Origin: an uncultured Candidatus Saccharibacteria bacterium
Lineage (GTDB): Bacteria > Patescibacteriota > Minisyncoccia > Minisyncoccales > RBG-13-42-11
Reading direction: 5' to 3'
Assembly (NCBI GenBank): GCA_964467045.1
Contig: CAYXOH010000001.1
Span: 4,850 to 55,010, forward strand
DNA: 50,161 nucleotides
Shown here: positions 25,596-31,945 of the stretch, one piece after another
How the letters are laid out: every line of letters starts with the position of its first letter
How positions within the stretch are numbered: the stretch's first letter is position 1
Made by a program: the position numbers and the translations under genes
Notes under the pieces: generated by a model
The model's input: the letters and a program-made list of their open reading frames with translations, nothing else
Told to the model about the DNA's origin: nothing
The model's database searches: none

Positions 25596-27143
25596 TTACA
25601 TTTTCTCTGGGGCAGAAATTCCCATTAATTCTAAAGTGTTCTTTAAGATAATTTTTGTAGCCAAAACCAGAGCTAAACGAGCTTGTGACAAAGACCTGCT
25701 TCCGGTCAGGACTCGACAATCCCTATAGAATTGATGGAAAGCGGTTGCCAGCTCTATTGAATATTGTGGTAATCGCTGAATTTGATAATCCTTGGCAGTG
25801 TCTTCAATAATTTCCGGCAATCTAATCAGTTGTTTAACCAAGTTAAATTCTGAAGGATGAACTAATAATTTTAAGTTTGGATTTTGGGATTTGGAATTTG
25901 GAATTTTTCGCAAGATACTGCAAATCCGGGCGTGGGCATACTGGACATAATAAACAGGACTTTTAGCAGATCTCTCTTTGGCCAAATCCACATCAAACTC
26001 CATCTGGGTATCTAACGATTTCATTAAATAAAAAAATCTTACTGCATCCAATCCCACTTCATTTATTAACCAGTCCAGAGTTATAACTTGCCCCTTCCTT
26101 TTAGAAATCTTTCCCTTTTTTAATCTGACTACCTGAGAAATTAAGATATCTAAATCTCCCTTATACCCCAACATCTTGGCCACTGCTTTTATTTTGCCGA
26201 CATGCCCCTGGTGATCAGCGCCCCAAATATTAATTATTCTATCAAATTTCCTTTCAAACTTATCTTTATGATAGACAATGTCAGAAAGCAAATAAGTTGG
26301 TTCTCCTGTTTCTCTAATTACTACCCAGTCTTTTACGTCACCATATTTTGAAGTTTTTAACCAAACAGCTCTTTCTTTTTTGTAAACTAAGTTTTTATTC
26401 GCCAGCCAATTTCTAATCTTGATTATCTTTCTTTTCTGGTATAAATCATTTTCTTCCGAAATCCATTTATCAAACTTAATTTTCATTTTATTTTCAATAA
26501 AATTTTTGATGTCTTTCTGAATTGATTGAGCTAACAGATATCCAGCCTCTCCTTCATTTTTAGATTTTTTTATTTTATTTTCTATTCTTTTAATTGCTTT
26601 TCTTAAATAATTTGTCAAATAAGTGGTTCCTCTACCCAAAGCAGTTTTTCCTAATTCTTTTATCTGGACACTGTTTTTAGAATCATTAATGTAATATTCA
26701 CGAGTAACCTTATAGCCAGATTTTTCTAAAATATTAGCCAGAGCATCACCAAAAAAAGCTCCCCTGCCGTGTCCTAAATGCAAGAGACCTGTAGGGTTAG
26801 CTGAAATAAATTCAATGTTCACCCTGCACTTTTTTCCGAAAAGTGCAGGGTGAAATTTTCCATAATTCTTTCCCTCCTTCAAAATATCTTTTACCTGTTT
26901 TTGTAAATATTCCCTGGAAAGAAAAAAATTGATAAAACCATTTTTCACTTCTACCTTCTCTAAAATGGGCGATTTTATGTTTTTAGCGATCTCTTGAGGG
27001 TTTTTCTTAAGAACCATCGCTACATTGGTAGCATAATCACCAAAGACTAGATCCACCGGCTCTTCTATTTCAACTTCTATCTTTTTCCCATAAAGACTTC
27101 TAATTGATTTTTCTACTGAATTTTTAATTTCTTCTTTAACCAT
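25596..27143 (-). CDS. argS: Arginine--tRNA ligase
   Basis: 515 aa. SANPTGLLHLGHGRGA (HIGH) and the C-terminal anticodon-binding domain ending ..ISAPEKM. Confidence 0.93.
   Translation of the reverse strand: MVKEEIKNSVEKSIRSLYGKKIEVEIEEPVDLVFGDYATNVAMVLKKNPQEIAKNIKSPILEKVEVKNGFINFFLSREYLQKQVKDILKEGKNYGKFHPALFGKKCRVNIEFISANPTGLLHLGHGRGAFFGDALANILEKSGYKVTREYYINDSKNSVQIKELGKTALGRGTTYLTNYLRKAIKRIENKIKKSKNEGEAGYLLAQSIQKDIKNFIENKMKIKFDKWISEENDLYQKRKIIKIRNWLANKNLVYKKERAVWLKTSKYGDVKDWVVIRETGEPTYLLSDIVYHKDKFERKFDRIINIWGADHQGHVGKIKAVAKMLGYKGDLDILISQVVRLKKGKISKRKGQVITLDWLINEVGLDAVRFFYLMKSLDTQMEFDVDLAKERSAKSPVYYVQYAHARICSILRKIPNSKSQNPNLKLLVHPSEFNLVKQLIRLPEIIEDTAKDYQIQRLPQYSIELATAFHQFYRDCRVLTGSRSLSQARLALVLATKIILKNTLELMGISAPEKM
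25874..25906 (-). repeat. Heptanucleotide tandem array (AYYCCAA x ~4.5) inside argS
   Basis: The plus strand reads AGTTTGG ATTTTGG GATTTGG AATTTGG AATTT and encodes KIPNSKSQNPNLK. It has the same frame and nearly the same sequence as the ileS array. Confidence 0.85.
26818..26854. repeat. Perfect 16-bp-stem hairpin inside argS coding sequence
   Basis: TTCACCCTGCACTTTT-ttccg-AAAAGTGCAGGGTGAA. It encodes KFHPALFGKKCRVN just before the HIGH region. Confidence 0.9.
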
Positions 27144-27206
27144 ATTATGTTTAATTTTACCTTATTTTCCTTTAAAATTAAAGTTTTTAATGATAAGATA
27201 AGTTTG

Positions 27207-27284
27207 ATGAAAATATTAGCTGAAAACCCCGCACCAAAACTTTCGGTTTGGTACGGGGCAGGCAAAAAAGCTTATGGATTATGA
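27207..27284 (+). CDS. Candidate 25-codon upstream ORF (MKILAENPAPKLSVWYGAGKKAYGL) overlapping the smpB start (ATGA)
   Basis: Its first seven codons encode the same MKILAEN as smpB but differ at six synonymous positions. Its stop TGA (27282-27284) overlaps the smpB ATG (27281-27283). Confidence 0.3.
   Translation: MKILAENPAPKLSVWYGAGKKAYGL
27227..27258 (+). promoter_or_regulatory. Imperfect 14-bp-stem hairpin in the smpB leader / uORF
   Basis: CCCCGCACCAAAAC-tttc-GGTTTGGTACGGGG (12 of 14 positions pair). Confidence 0.5.
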
Positions 27285-27733
27285 AAATTCTCGCAGAGAA
27301 TAAAAAAGCGTATTATAATTACCAAATTTTGGAGAAATTTGAGGCGGGAGTTTCTTTAACCGGCCAGGAGGTGAAATCCTTGAAAACAAGGGGAGTAAAT
27401 TTAGCAGGGAACTATATAATTTTAAAAGGTAAAGAGGTTTTTTGGGTAGGGGCTAATATCCCTCCCTACCAACCCAAAAATGCTCCTGCTGATTATGATC
27501 CAGCAAGAGCAAGAAAACTTCTTTTAAAGAAATCTGAAATAAGACGCCTCATTGGCAAGGTAAAAGAAAAAGGGTTGACTTTAGTGCCCTTAAGGGTATA
27601 TACTAAAAACGCTAAAATAAAGCTTGAATTCGGAATTGCCAAGGGGAAGCAAAAGACTGATAAAAGAGAACTAATTAAAAAACGAGAAACAGACAGAGAA
27701 ATCCGCAGAGCGCTTAAGGGCAAAATCCAATAA
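27281..27733 (+). CDS. smpB: SsrA-binding protein
   Basis: MKILAENKKAYYNYQILEKFEAGVSLTGQEVKSLK.. is a canonical SmpB N-terminus. The TTG start at 27248 in the track adds 11 non-conserved residues. Confidence 0.9.
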   Translation: MKILAENKKAYYNYQILEKFEAGVSLTGQEVKSLKTRGVNLAGNYIILKGKEVFWVGANIPPYQPKNAPADYDPARARKLLLKKSEIRRLIGKVKEKGLTLVPLRVYTKNAKIKLEFGIAKGKQKTDKRELIKKRETDREIRRALKGKIQ

Positions 27734-27783
27734 TGGAGAGGGCCGGGCTTTACCCGTGACTAATTAGGTATTGTATTACTAAT

Positions 27784-28132
27784 GGGGGTGAAAGGTTTAG
27801 ACAGGAATTTCAGTCAAAATAGGCAGATAGAGCTACTGGAATCTCTTAAAACTTCCAGTAAAACAAATAAGTGTCAACTTATTTAAGAAACCTGCTTTAG
27901 CTTACGTTTAAAGCAGCATCCGATTTATTGATTCTCGCTAGGTAAAAACCGGGTGTCATATTCAGCGAGATAAGATAGTTCTTTTGTCTCGAAAACTATC
28001 TAAAAGATAGAGACGAGTGGTACCAGAATTTTTGTCTGTTTTTTATCTGGTATTTCAAAAATCAAAACAGAATAAATCTGTAGAGATATTTTGACTAAAT
28101 TTTTGGACGGGAGTTCGCCCTCCCCACCTCCA
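27784..28132 (+). ncRNA. ssrA: tmRNA (transfer-messenger RNA)
   Basis: 5' GGGGGTGAAAGGTTTAGACAGG and 3' GGACGGGAGTTCGCCCTCCCCACCTCCA form the tRNA-Ala-like domain (acceptor GGGGGTG/CACCTCC with G3:U70; T stem GGGAG/CTCCC). It lies directly after smpB. An internal frame ..AAG AAA CCT GCT TTA GCT TAC GTT TAA (..KKPALAYV*, stop 27909-27911) lies in an 8-bp helix like a tag ORF; the resume codon is not assigned. CCA is not encoded (the sequence reads ACA). Confidence 0.85.
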
Positions 28133-28142
28133 CAAAAATCTG

Positions 28143-28649
28143 ATAAAAAAAACATTTATCAACAATCAAATAAGAGCTAAGGAAGTAAGATTAATTGACG
28201 AAACCGGAAAGCAAATGGGAGTAGTTAATTTAGAAGAAGCGCTTCAAGTTGCCAGGGAGCGCAATTTAGATTTAATTCAAGTCACAGAGAAAGTTGAACC
28301 TCCGGTTTGTAAACTGGGAGATTATGGAAAATATCTCTACCGAGAAGAGAAAAAGGAAAAAGCAGCCCATAAACATAAAGGGGGCCAACTGAAGGGGATA
28401 AGGTTAAGTTTTAATATATCCCAACATGATTTAGAAACACGAGTCCATCAGGCAGAAAAATTTTTAAATAAAGGAGATACAGTCAGGGTGGAACTGCTGT
28501 TAAGAGGAAGGGAAAAAACCCTTCAAGATGTAGCTAAGGGAAAAATAGATAAATTTTTAGAAATTTTAAGAGGTACAACTCAAATAAAAATTGAAAGAGA
28601 ATTAAAAAGGGAGTTTAGAGGATTAACTATGATTATTTCCAAACAATAA
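28143..28649 (+). CDS. infC: Translation initiation factor IF-3 with a non-AUG start
   Basis: The conserved N-terminus INNQIRAKEVRLIDETGKQ is encoded upstream of the first ATG (28215). No in-frame ATG/GTG/TTG exists there. The candidates are ATA 28143 and ATC 28158, so the exact start is uncertain. Confidence 0.85.
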   Translation: MKKTFINNQIRAKEVRLIDETGKQMGVVNLEEALQVARERNLDLIQVTEKVEPPVCKLGDYGKYLYREEKKEKAAHKHKGGQLKGIRLSFNISQHDLETRVHQAEKFLNKGDTVRVELLLRGREKTLQDVAKGKIDKFLEILRGTTQIKIERELKREFRGLTMIISKQ

Positions 28650-28650
28650 T

Positions 28651-28851
28651 ATGAGTAAGTTAAAAACCAGAAAATCATTTACCAAACGTTTCAAAATTAC
28701 TAAAACTGGAAAAATATTGAGAAGGGCTACCGGTCTTAACCATTATCGGGCAAAAAAATCCGGTCAAAAAATAAGACAAAGTAGAAAATGGGTTAAAGTT
28801 TCCAGAAGTGAAGCTAAAAAAATAAAGAAATTACTGCCACATCGTCGATGA
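28651..28851 (+). CDS. rpmI: 50S ribosomal protein L35
   Basis: 66 aa. MSKLKTRKSFTKRFKITKTGKILRR.. is typical L35. The stop TGA lies inside the first repeat unit. Confidence 0.93.
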   Translation: MSKLKTRKSFTKRFKITKTGKILRRATGLNHYRAKKSGQKIRQSRKWVKVSRSEAKKIKKLLPHRR

Positions 28852-29009
28852 ATTTAAAGATTCATCTTCATCTGCGCCCACTACGTGGGCTTGATAACAG
28901 TCGATGAATTTAAAGATTCATCTTCATCTGCGCCCACTACGTGGGCTTGATAACAGTCGATGAATTTAAAGATTCATCTTCATCTGCGCCCACTACGTGG
29001 GCTTGATAC
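28845..29009 (+). repeat. Three direct tandem units (56, 56, 53 nt) of the two-hairpin element filling the rpmI-rplT spacer
   Basis: The unit is TCGATGAATTTAAAGATTCATCTTCATCTGCGCCCACTACGTGGGCTTGATAACAG, starting at 28845, 28901 and 28957. The hairpins are GATGAAT/ATTCATC and GCCCAC-tac-GTGGGC. Confidence 0.92.
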
Positions 29010-29357
29010 ATGACTAGAGTAAAAAGAGGAAAAATTGCTCACAAAAGAAGAAAGCGTTTATTAAAATACGCCAAAGGTTTCCGCTGGGGCAGAAAAACAA
29101 AATACAGATTAGCTAAAGATGCTCTCTATCATGCTTGGGAATACGCTTACCGAGACAGAAGAACAAAGAAAAGAGAGTTTAGAAAACTCTGGCAAATCCA
29201 GATTAATGCTGCTTGCAGACAAGCTGGAATTTCTTATAGCAGATTTATTTACGGCCTCAAAAAAAACAAAATTGGCTTAGATAGAAAAATTTTATCTGAA
29301 CTAGCTCAAAACCACTCCGAAATTTTTGAAAAACTCGTAGAAAAAGTAAGAGGCTAA
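29010..29357 (+). CDS. rplT: 50S ribosomal protein L20
   Basis: 115 aa. MTRVKRGKIAHKRRKRLLKYAKGFRWG.. is canonical L20. Confidence 0.95.
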   Translation: MTRVKRGKIAHKRRKRLLKYAKGFRWGRKTKYRLAKDALYHAWEYAYRDRRTKKREFRKLWQIQINAACRQAGISYSRFIYGLKKNKIGLDRKILSELAQNHSEIFEKLVEKVRG

Positions 29358-29386
29358 GGGAAATCTTTCTTTATACATAAAAAAAT

Positions 29387-29411
29387 GCCCACTCTTTACG
29401 GTGGGCTTTTG
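29387..29411 (+). terminator. Intrinsic terminator after rplT
   Basis: GCCCAC-tctttacg-GTGGGC followed by TTTTG. It overlaps the 3' end of the convergent small ORF. Confidence 0.6.
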
Positions 29412-29614
29412 TCTATTATAAGACCTAAAAATCTACTATAATCTTTAGTATAAACCTCGCCCTTACCTCTGCGTATCATTAATTCTTCATCGCTGAGATT
29501 TACGGGCTTAAGTTGATGTTTTGGATTGTCTTTCAATCCTCGTACTGGACATTCTTCCTCATCGGGATCAGTGGTTATCCCGCAACTACATTCTTTCCAT
29601 GGGCTTTTGGGCAT
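29396..29614 (-). CDS. Hypothetical 72-aa Cys-containing protein
   Basis: The ORF is preceded by GAAAAGGAGGTATTCTCA-ATG (full GGAGG SD). No recognisable family. Confidence 0.5.
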   Translation of the reverse strand: MPKSPWKECSCGITTDPDEEECPVRGLKDNPKHQLKPVNLSDEELMIRRGKGEVYTKDYSRFLGLIIDKSPP

Positions 29615-29690
29615 TGAGAATACCTCCTTTTCATTTAAGCTATTATGTACTACTTTAACTTAGTTTATTATACTATTTAATTATTTAAAA

Positions 29691-31175
29691 CTAAATAGGT
29701 CGGATGTCGGCTTCTTCCTGAAGCTGTTTTATATTCTTAAATCCCTGTTTTTGCAGAGATTGTTTTACTCCAATAATTAATTTAGGGAGGAAATTATAGC
29801 CAGACCCTCGATAAGGGACCTTGACTACTACACCTTCAGCAATTCTTGTTTTTACTTTATCTACTGCATATCTGATAGCCGATCTCTGTTCCATAGCCTC
29901 CAAAGACCCCATGCCTCGATATTTTTTAACCATTCTATTCTCTTCGTAATCAAACTCTTTCTCACCGGGCGATTCATCTAAACCAGCAAGAATACTTCCC
30001 ATCATTACAGTTTGAGCGCCTAAGGATAAAGCTTTACTAATATCTCCTGGTTTTTGAACGTCTTGTCCTGCCTCATCCATTACCCTTATTCCTCCATCAG
30101 CAATTAAGGGCATGAAGCCATATTTTGATTCCAACCTTTTAGCTTCCTGAGCACAATCCCAAACCGCTGAAGCCTGGGCTCTGCCCGTCCCGAGTTCCTG
30201 CTGGGTGATACAGGCTGCTCCCGGACCAATGCCTACTCTTATTGCATCGCAAAATTCAAAAGCCTCCTCCATAATTTTTCTAACCATCTCTGCTGAATCA
30301 ACGTTTCCTAAAATAACCTGCAAATCAGGAAAATTTTCTTTAACAAACTTAGCAATTCCTAATTGTTCCCTAAAAACTACGCTGGCATCAACAACTATGC
30401 CGTCAGCCCCGGCATCAGACGCTTTGCCAATTCTCTCTTTAACCAGACTCAACCTGGATTCTGCAGCAATAAATACTTTTAATTGTTTGTTTCCGTCTTT
30501 GGTTGCTAAAGGAAACTGTTCATTTTTCCTAATGTCTGAGTCAGTCACTAAAGCGACTATGTTATCTGCTTCATCTATTATAATTAAAGTATCCAAATTG
30601 TTCTCTCTTATAATCTTATTAGCCGCATTAAGATTGTTTCTATCAACTATTTCTGATTTTTTACCCACGATTAATTTTTCCCTGGGAGTCATCACCTCGC
30701 TTAATTTAGTTTCCATGTCTGCCCTATATCTAACATCCCTATGGGTGACGATTCCTTTTAATTTTGAATTTAGAGTTCCATCTTCAGTAATGGGAGTACT
30801 GAAAAATCCATATTTTTCTGCAATATTATAAACATCTTGAATCGTATTTTGAGAAGATAAAACAACAGGATCATAAACAAACCCTGCCTCAAATTCTTTT
30901 ACTTTTTCTACTTCTTCGATTTGTTCGTCTATAGTTTGGAAATTATAATGGATAACCCCGATTCCTCCCATCAAAGCCATTAAAATTGCCATTTGAGATT
31001 CGGTAACCGTATCCATTGGGGAGGAAACGAAAGGGGTTTTCAAGATTATTTTTTTAGTAAACTGAGTTGTCAAATTTACTGTATCCCGCTCAAAATCAGG
31101 CAACCTATTGGGAACGAGAGTAATATCTTTGTACCAAAATTCTTTATTTTGTAAGTCAGGATGTAATTTTGCCAT
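29691..31175 (-). CDS. guaB: Inosine-5'-monophosphate dehydrogenase (with CBS pair)
   Basis: 494 aa. ..LTTQFTKKIILKTPFVSSPMDTVTES.., GIGPGAACITQ (catalytic Cys loop) and ADGGIR motifs. Confidence 0.9.
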   Translation of the reverse strand: MAKLHPDLQNKEFWYKDITLVPNRLPDFERDTVNLTTQFTKKIILKTPFVSSPMDTVTESQMAILMALMGGIGVIHYNFQTIDEQIEEVEKVKEFEAGFVYDPVVLSSQNTIQDVYNIAEKYGFFSTPITEDGTLNSKLKGIVTHRDVRYRADMETKLSEVMTPREKLIVGKKSEIVDRNNLNAANKIIRENNLDTLIIIDEADNIVALVTDSDIRKNEQFPLATKDGNKQLKVFIAAESRLSLVKERIGKASDAGADGIVVDASVVFREQLGIAKFVKENFPDLQVILGNVDSAEMVRKIMEEAFEFCDAIRVGIGPGAACITQQELGTGRAQASAVWDCAQEAKRLESKYGFMPLIADGGIRVMDEAGQDVQKPGDISKALSLGAQTVMMGSILAGLDESPGEKEFDYEENRMVKKYRGMGSLEAMEQRSAIRYAVDKVKTRIAEGVVVKVPYRGSGYNFLPKLIIGVKQSLQKQGFKNIKQLQEEADIRPI

Positions 31176-31512
31176 GGGTGTTAATTATTATTCCTTCGTT
31201 TTTTAATAAAGTGTTTTTCCTTTTAGTTCCCCGATTATAGCCACCAATTTTTCCAGTTGATGAAGACTTCGTTTTCATCTCCACGCTTCGCTTCGCTCGC
31301 GTATCTGATTTTATAATTCTGTGACAGGGAATTTTTGGATTTACATTTTTATTTAACACATTCCCTACTGCTCGCCAAGCCTTAGGCCTTCCGACAAGCT
31401 TAGCTACTTGTTTATAAGTCATTACTCTTCCCCTTGGAATTTTCTTAACAACCTCATAAACCTTATCTTCAAAATTTGTTTTATGTTCTATGTTCCATGT
31501 TCTATGTTTCAT
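31156..31512 (-). CDS. ogt: Methylated-DNA--protein-cysteine methyltransferase (Ogt/MGMT C-terminal domain type) with an element-derived insertion
   Basis: 118 aa. IPRGRVMTYKQVA, PCHRII (active site) and GKIGGY. A 16-aa insertion, TRAKRSVEMKTKSSST, lies between them. Confidence 0.85.
   Translation of the reverse strand: MKHRTWNIEHKTNFEDKVYEVVKKIPRGRVMTYKQVAKLVGRPKAWRAVGNVLNKNVNPKIPCHRIIKSDTRAKRSVEMKTKSSSTGKIGGYNRGTKRKNTLLKNEGIIINTHGKITS
31256..31302 (+). repeat. Two-hairpin element copy inside ogt, antisense to the gene, frame preserved
   Basis: The plus strand reads GTTGATGAAGACTTCGTTTTCATCTCCACGCTTCGCTTCGCTCGCGT. The first 24 nt are almost identical to the ileS copy. Confidence 0.8.
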
Positions 31513-31520
31513 GTTCTATG
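31482..31520. repeat. Heptanucleotide tandem array (plus YATGTTY, minus RAACATR, ~5.5 units) spanning the NUDIX stop and the ogt start
   Basis: TATGTTC TATGTTC CATGTTC TATGTTT CATGTTC TATGAG. The ogt ATG (31512) and the NUDIX TAG (31502-31504) both lie inside it. Confidence 0.85.
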
Positions 31521-31942
31521 AGATAGTTATTTGCTTTTTTGAGAATTTCTTTAGCATTTTTATATGTAAGTTGTTTTAGAGCATCAGCGTAAGGCAACCA
31601 TTCAAATCCTATGTGCTCCCAGGAAATTTTAACTTCTTTTTCTTTTGTTTCCGCCAGGAGAAATGTAACAAATTTCAAAATATTTTTTCCTTCAAATTTA
31701 AAAAAATATTTAATGGTTTCTTTAAAATCGCTGACAAAGGCAATATTTTTTAAACCCGTTTCTTCTCTTACCTCTCTTTTAACCGTATCTTCCATTTTTT
31801 CTCCTTTCTCAATATGCCCTTTAGGTAAATCCCAATAATCTTTTTGGGCCCGGGAACCAGAAGGATAATGCAAAAGCAAAAATAAGGGCCTTTCACCCTC
31901 TTTTCTAAAAATTATTGCTCCAGCCGATTTTTCTATTGGCAT
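31502..31942 (-). CDS. NUDIX hydrolase
   Basis: 146 aa with the Nudix box GHIEKGEKMEDTVKREVREETGL. Confidence 0.85.
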   Translation of the reverse strand: MPIEKSAGAIIFRKEGERPLFLLLHYPSGSRAQKDYWDLPKGHIEKGEKMEDTVKREVREETGLKNIAFVSDFKETIKYFFKFEGKNILKFVTFLLAETKEKEVKISWEHIGFEWLPYADALKQLTYKNAKEILKKANNYLIEHET

Positions 31943-31945
31943 GAT

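Noticed and set aside
25588-25719. 44-codon N-terminal extension of the ileS ORF (MSSPDRKQVF...).
   Set aside because: It overlaps the 3' end of argS in another frame. The conserved IleRS N-terminus (FPKNEKKILKFWQ) begins right after the ATG at 25587, 8 nt past the argS stop.
27248-27280. TTG start giving SmpB 11 extra residues (MVRGRQKSLWI).
   Set aside because: It lies inside the leader hairpin, and the SmpB family N-terminus matches MKILAENKKAYYNY at 27281.
28845-29009. The tandem 56-nt repeats here (and at 33661-33772) could be mistaken for a small CRISPR array.
   Set aside because: The units abut directly with no unique spacers and there are only 2-3 units. They belong to the dispersed two-hairpin element family, and no cas genes are present in the window.
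30205-30831. A 208-aa ORF antisense to guaB. Similar long antisense ORFs lie inside ileS (22172-22486, 23864-24271), the 19330-21006 gene (19832-20101) and others.
   Set aside because: They are embedded opposite genes with unmistakable homology and have Ser/Leu/Phe-rich low-complexity composition, which is typical of the reverse strand of AT-rich genes. They have no start signals.
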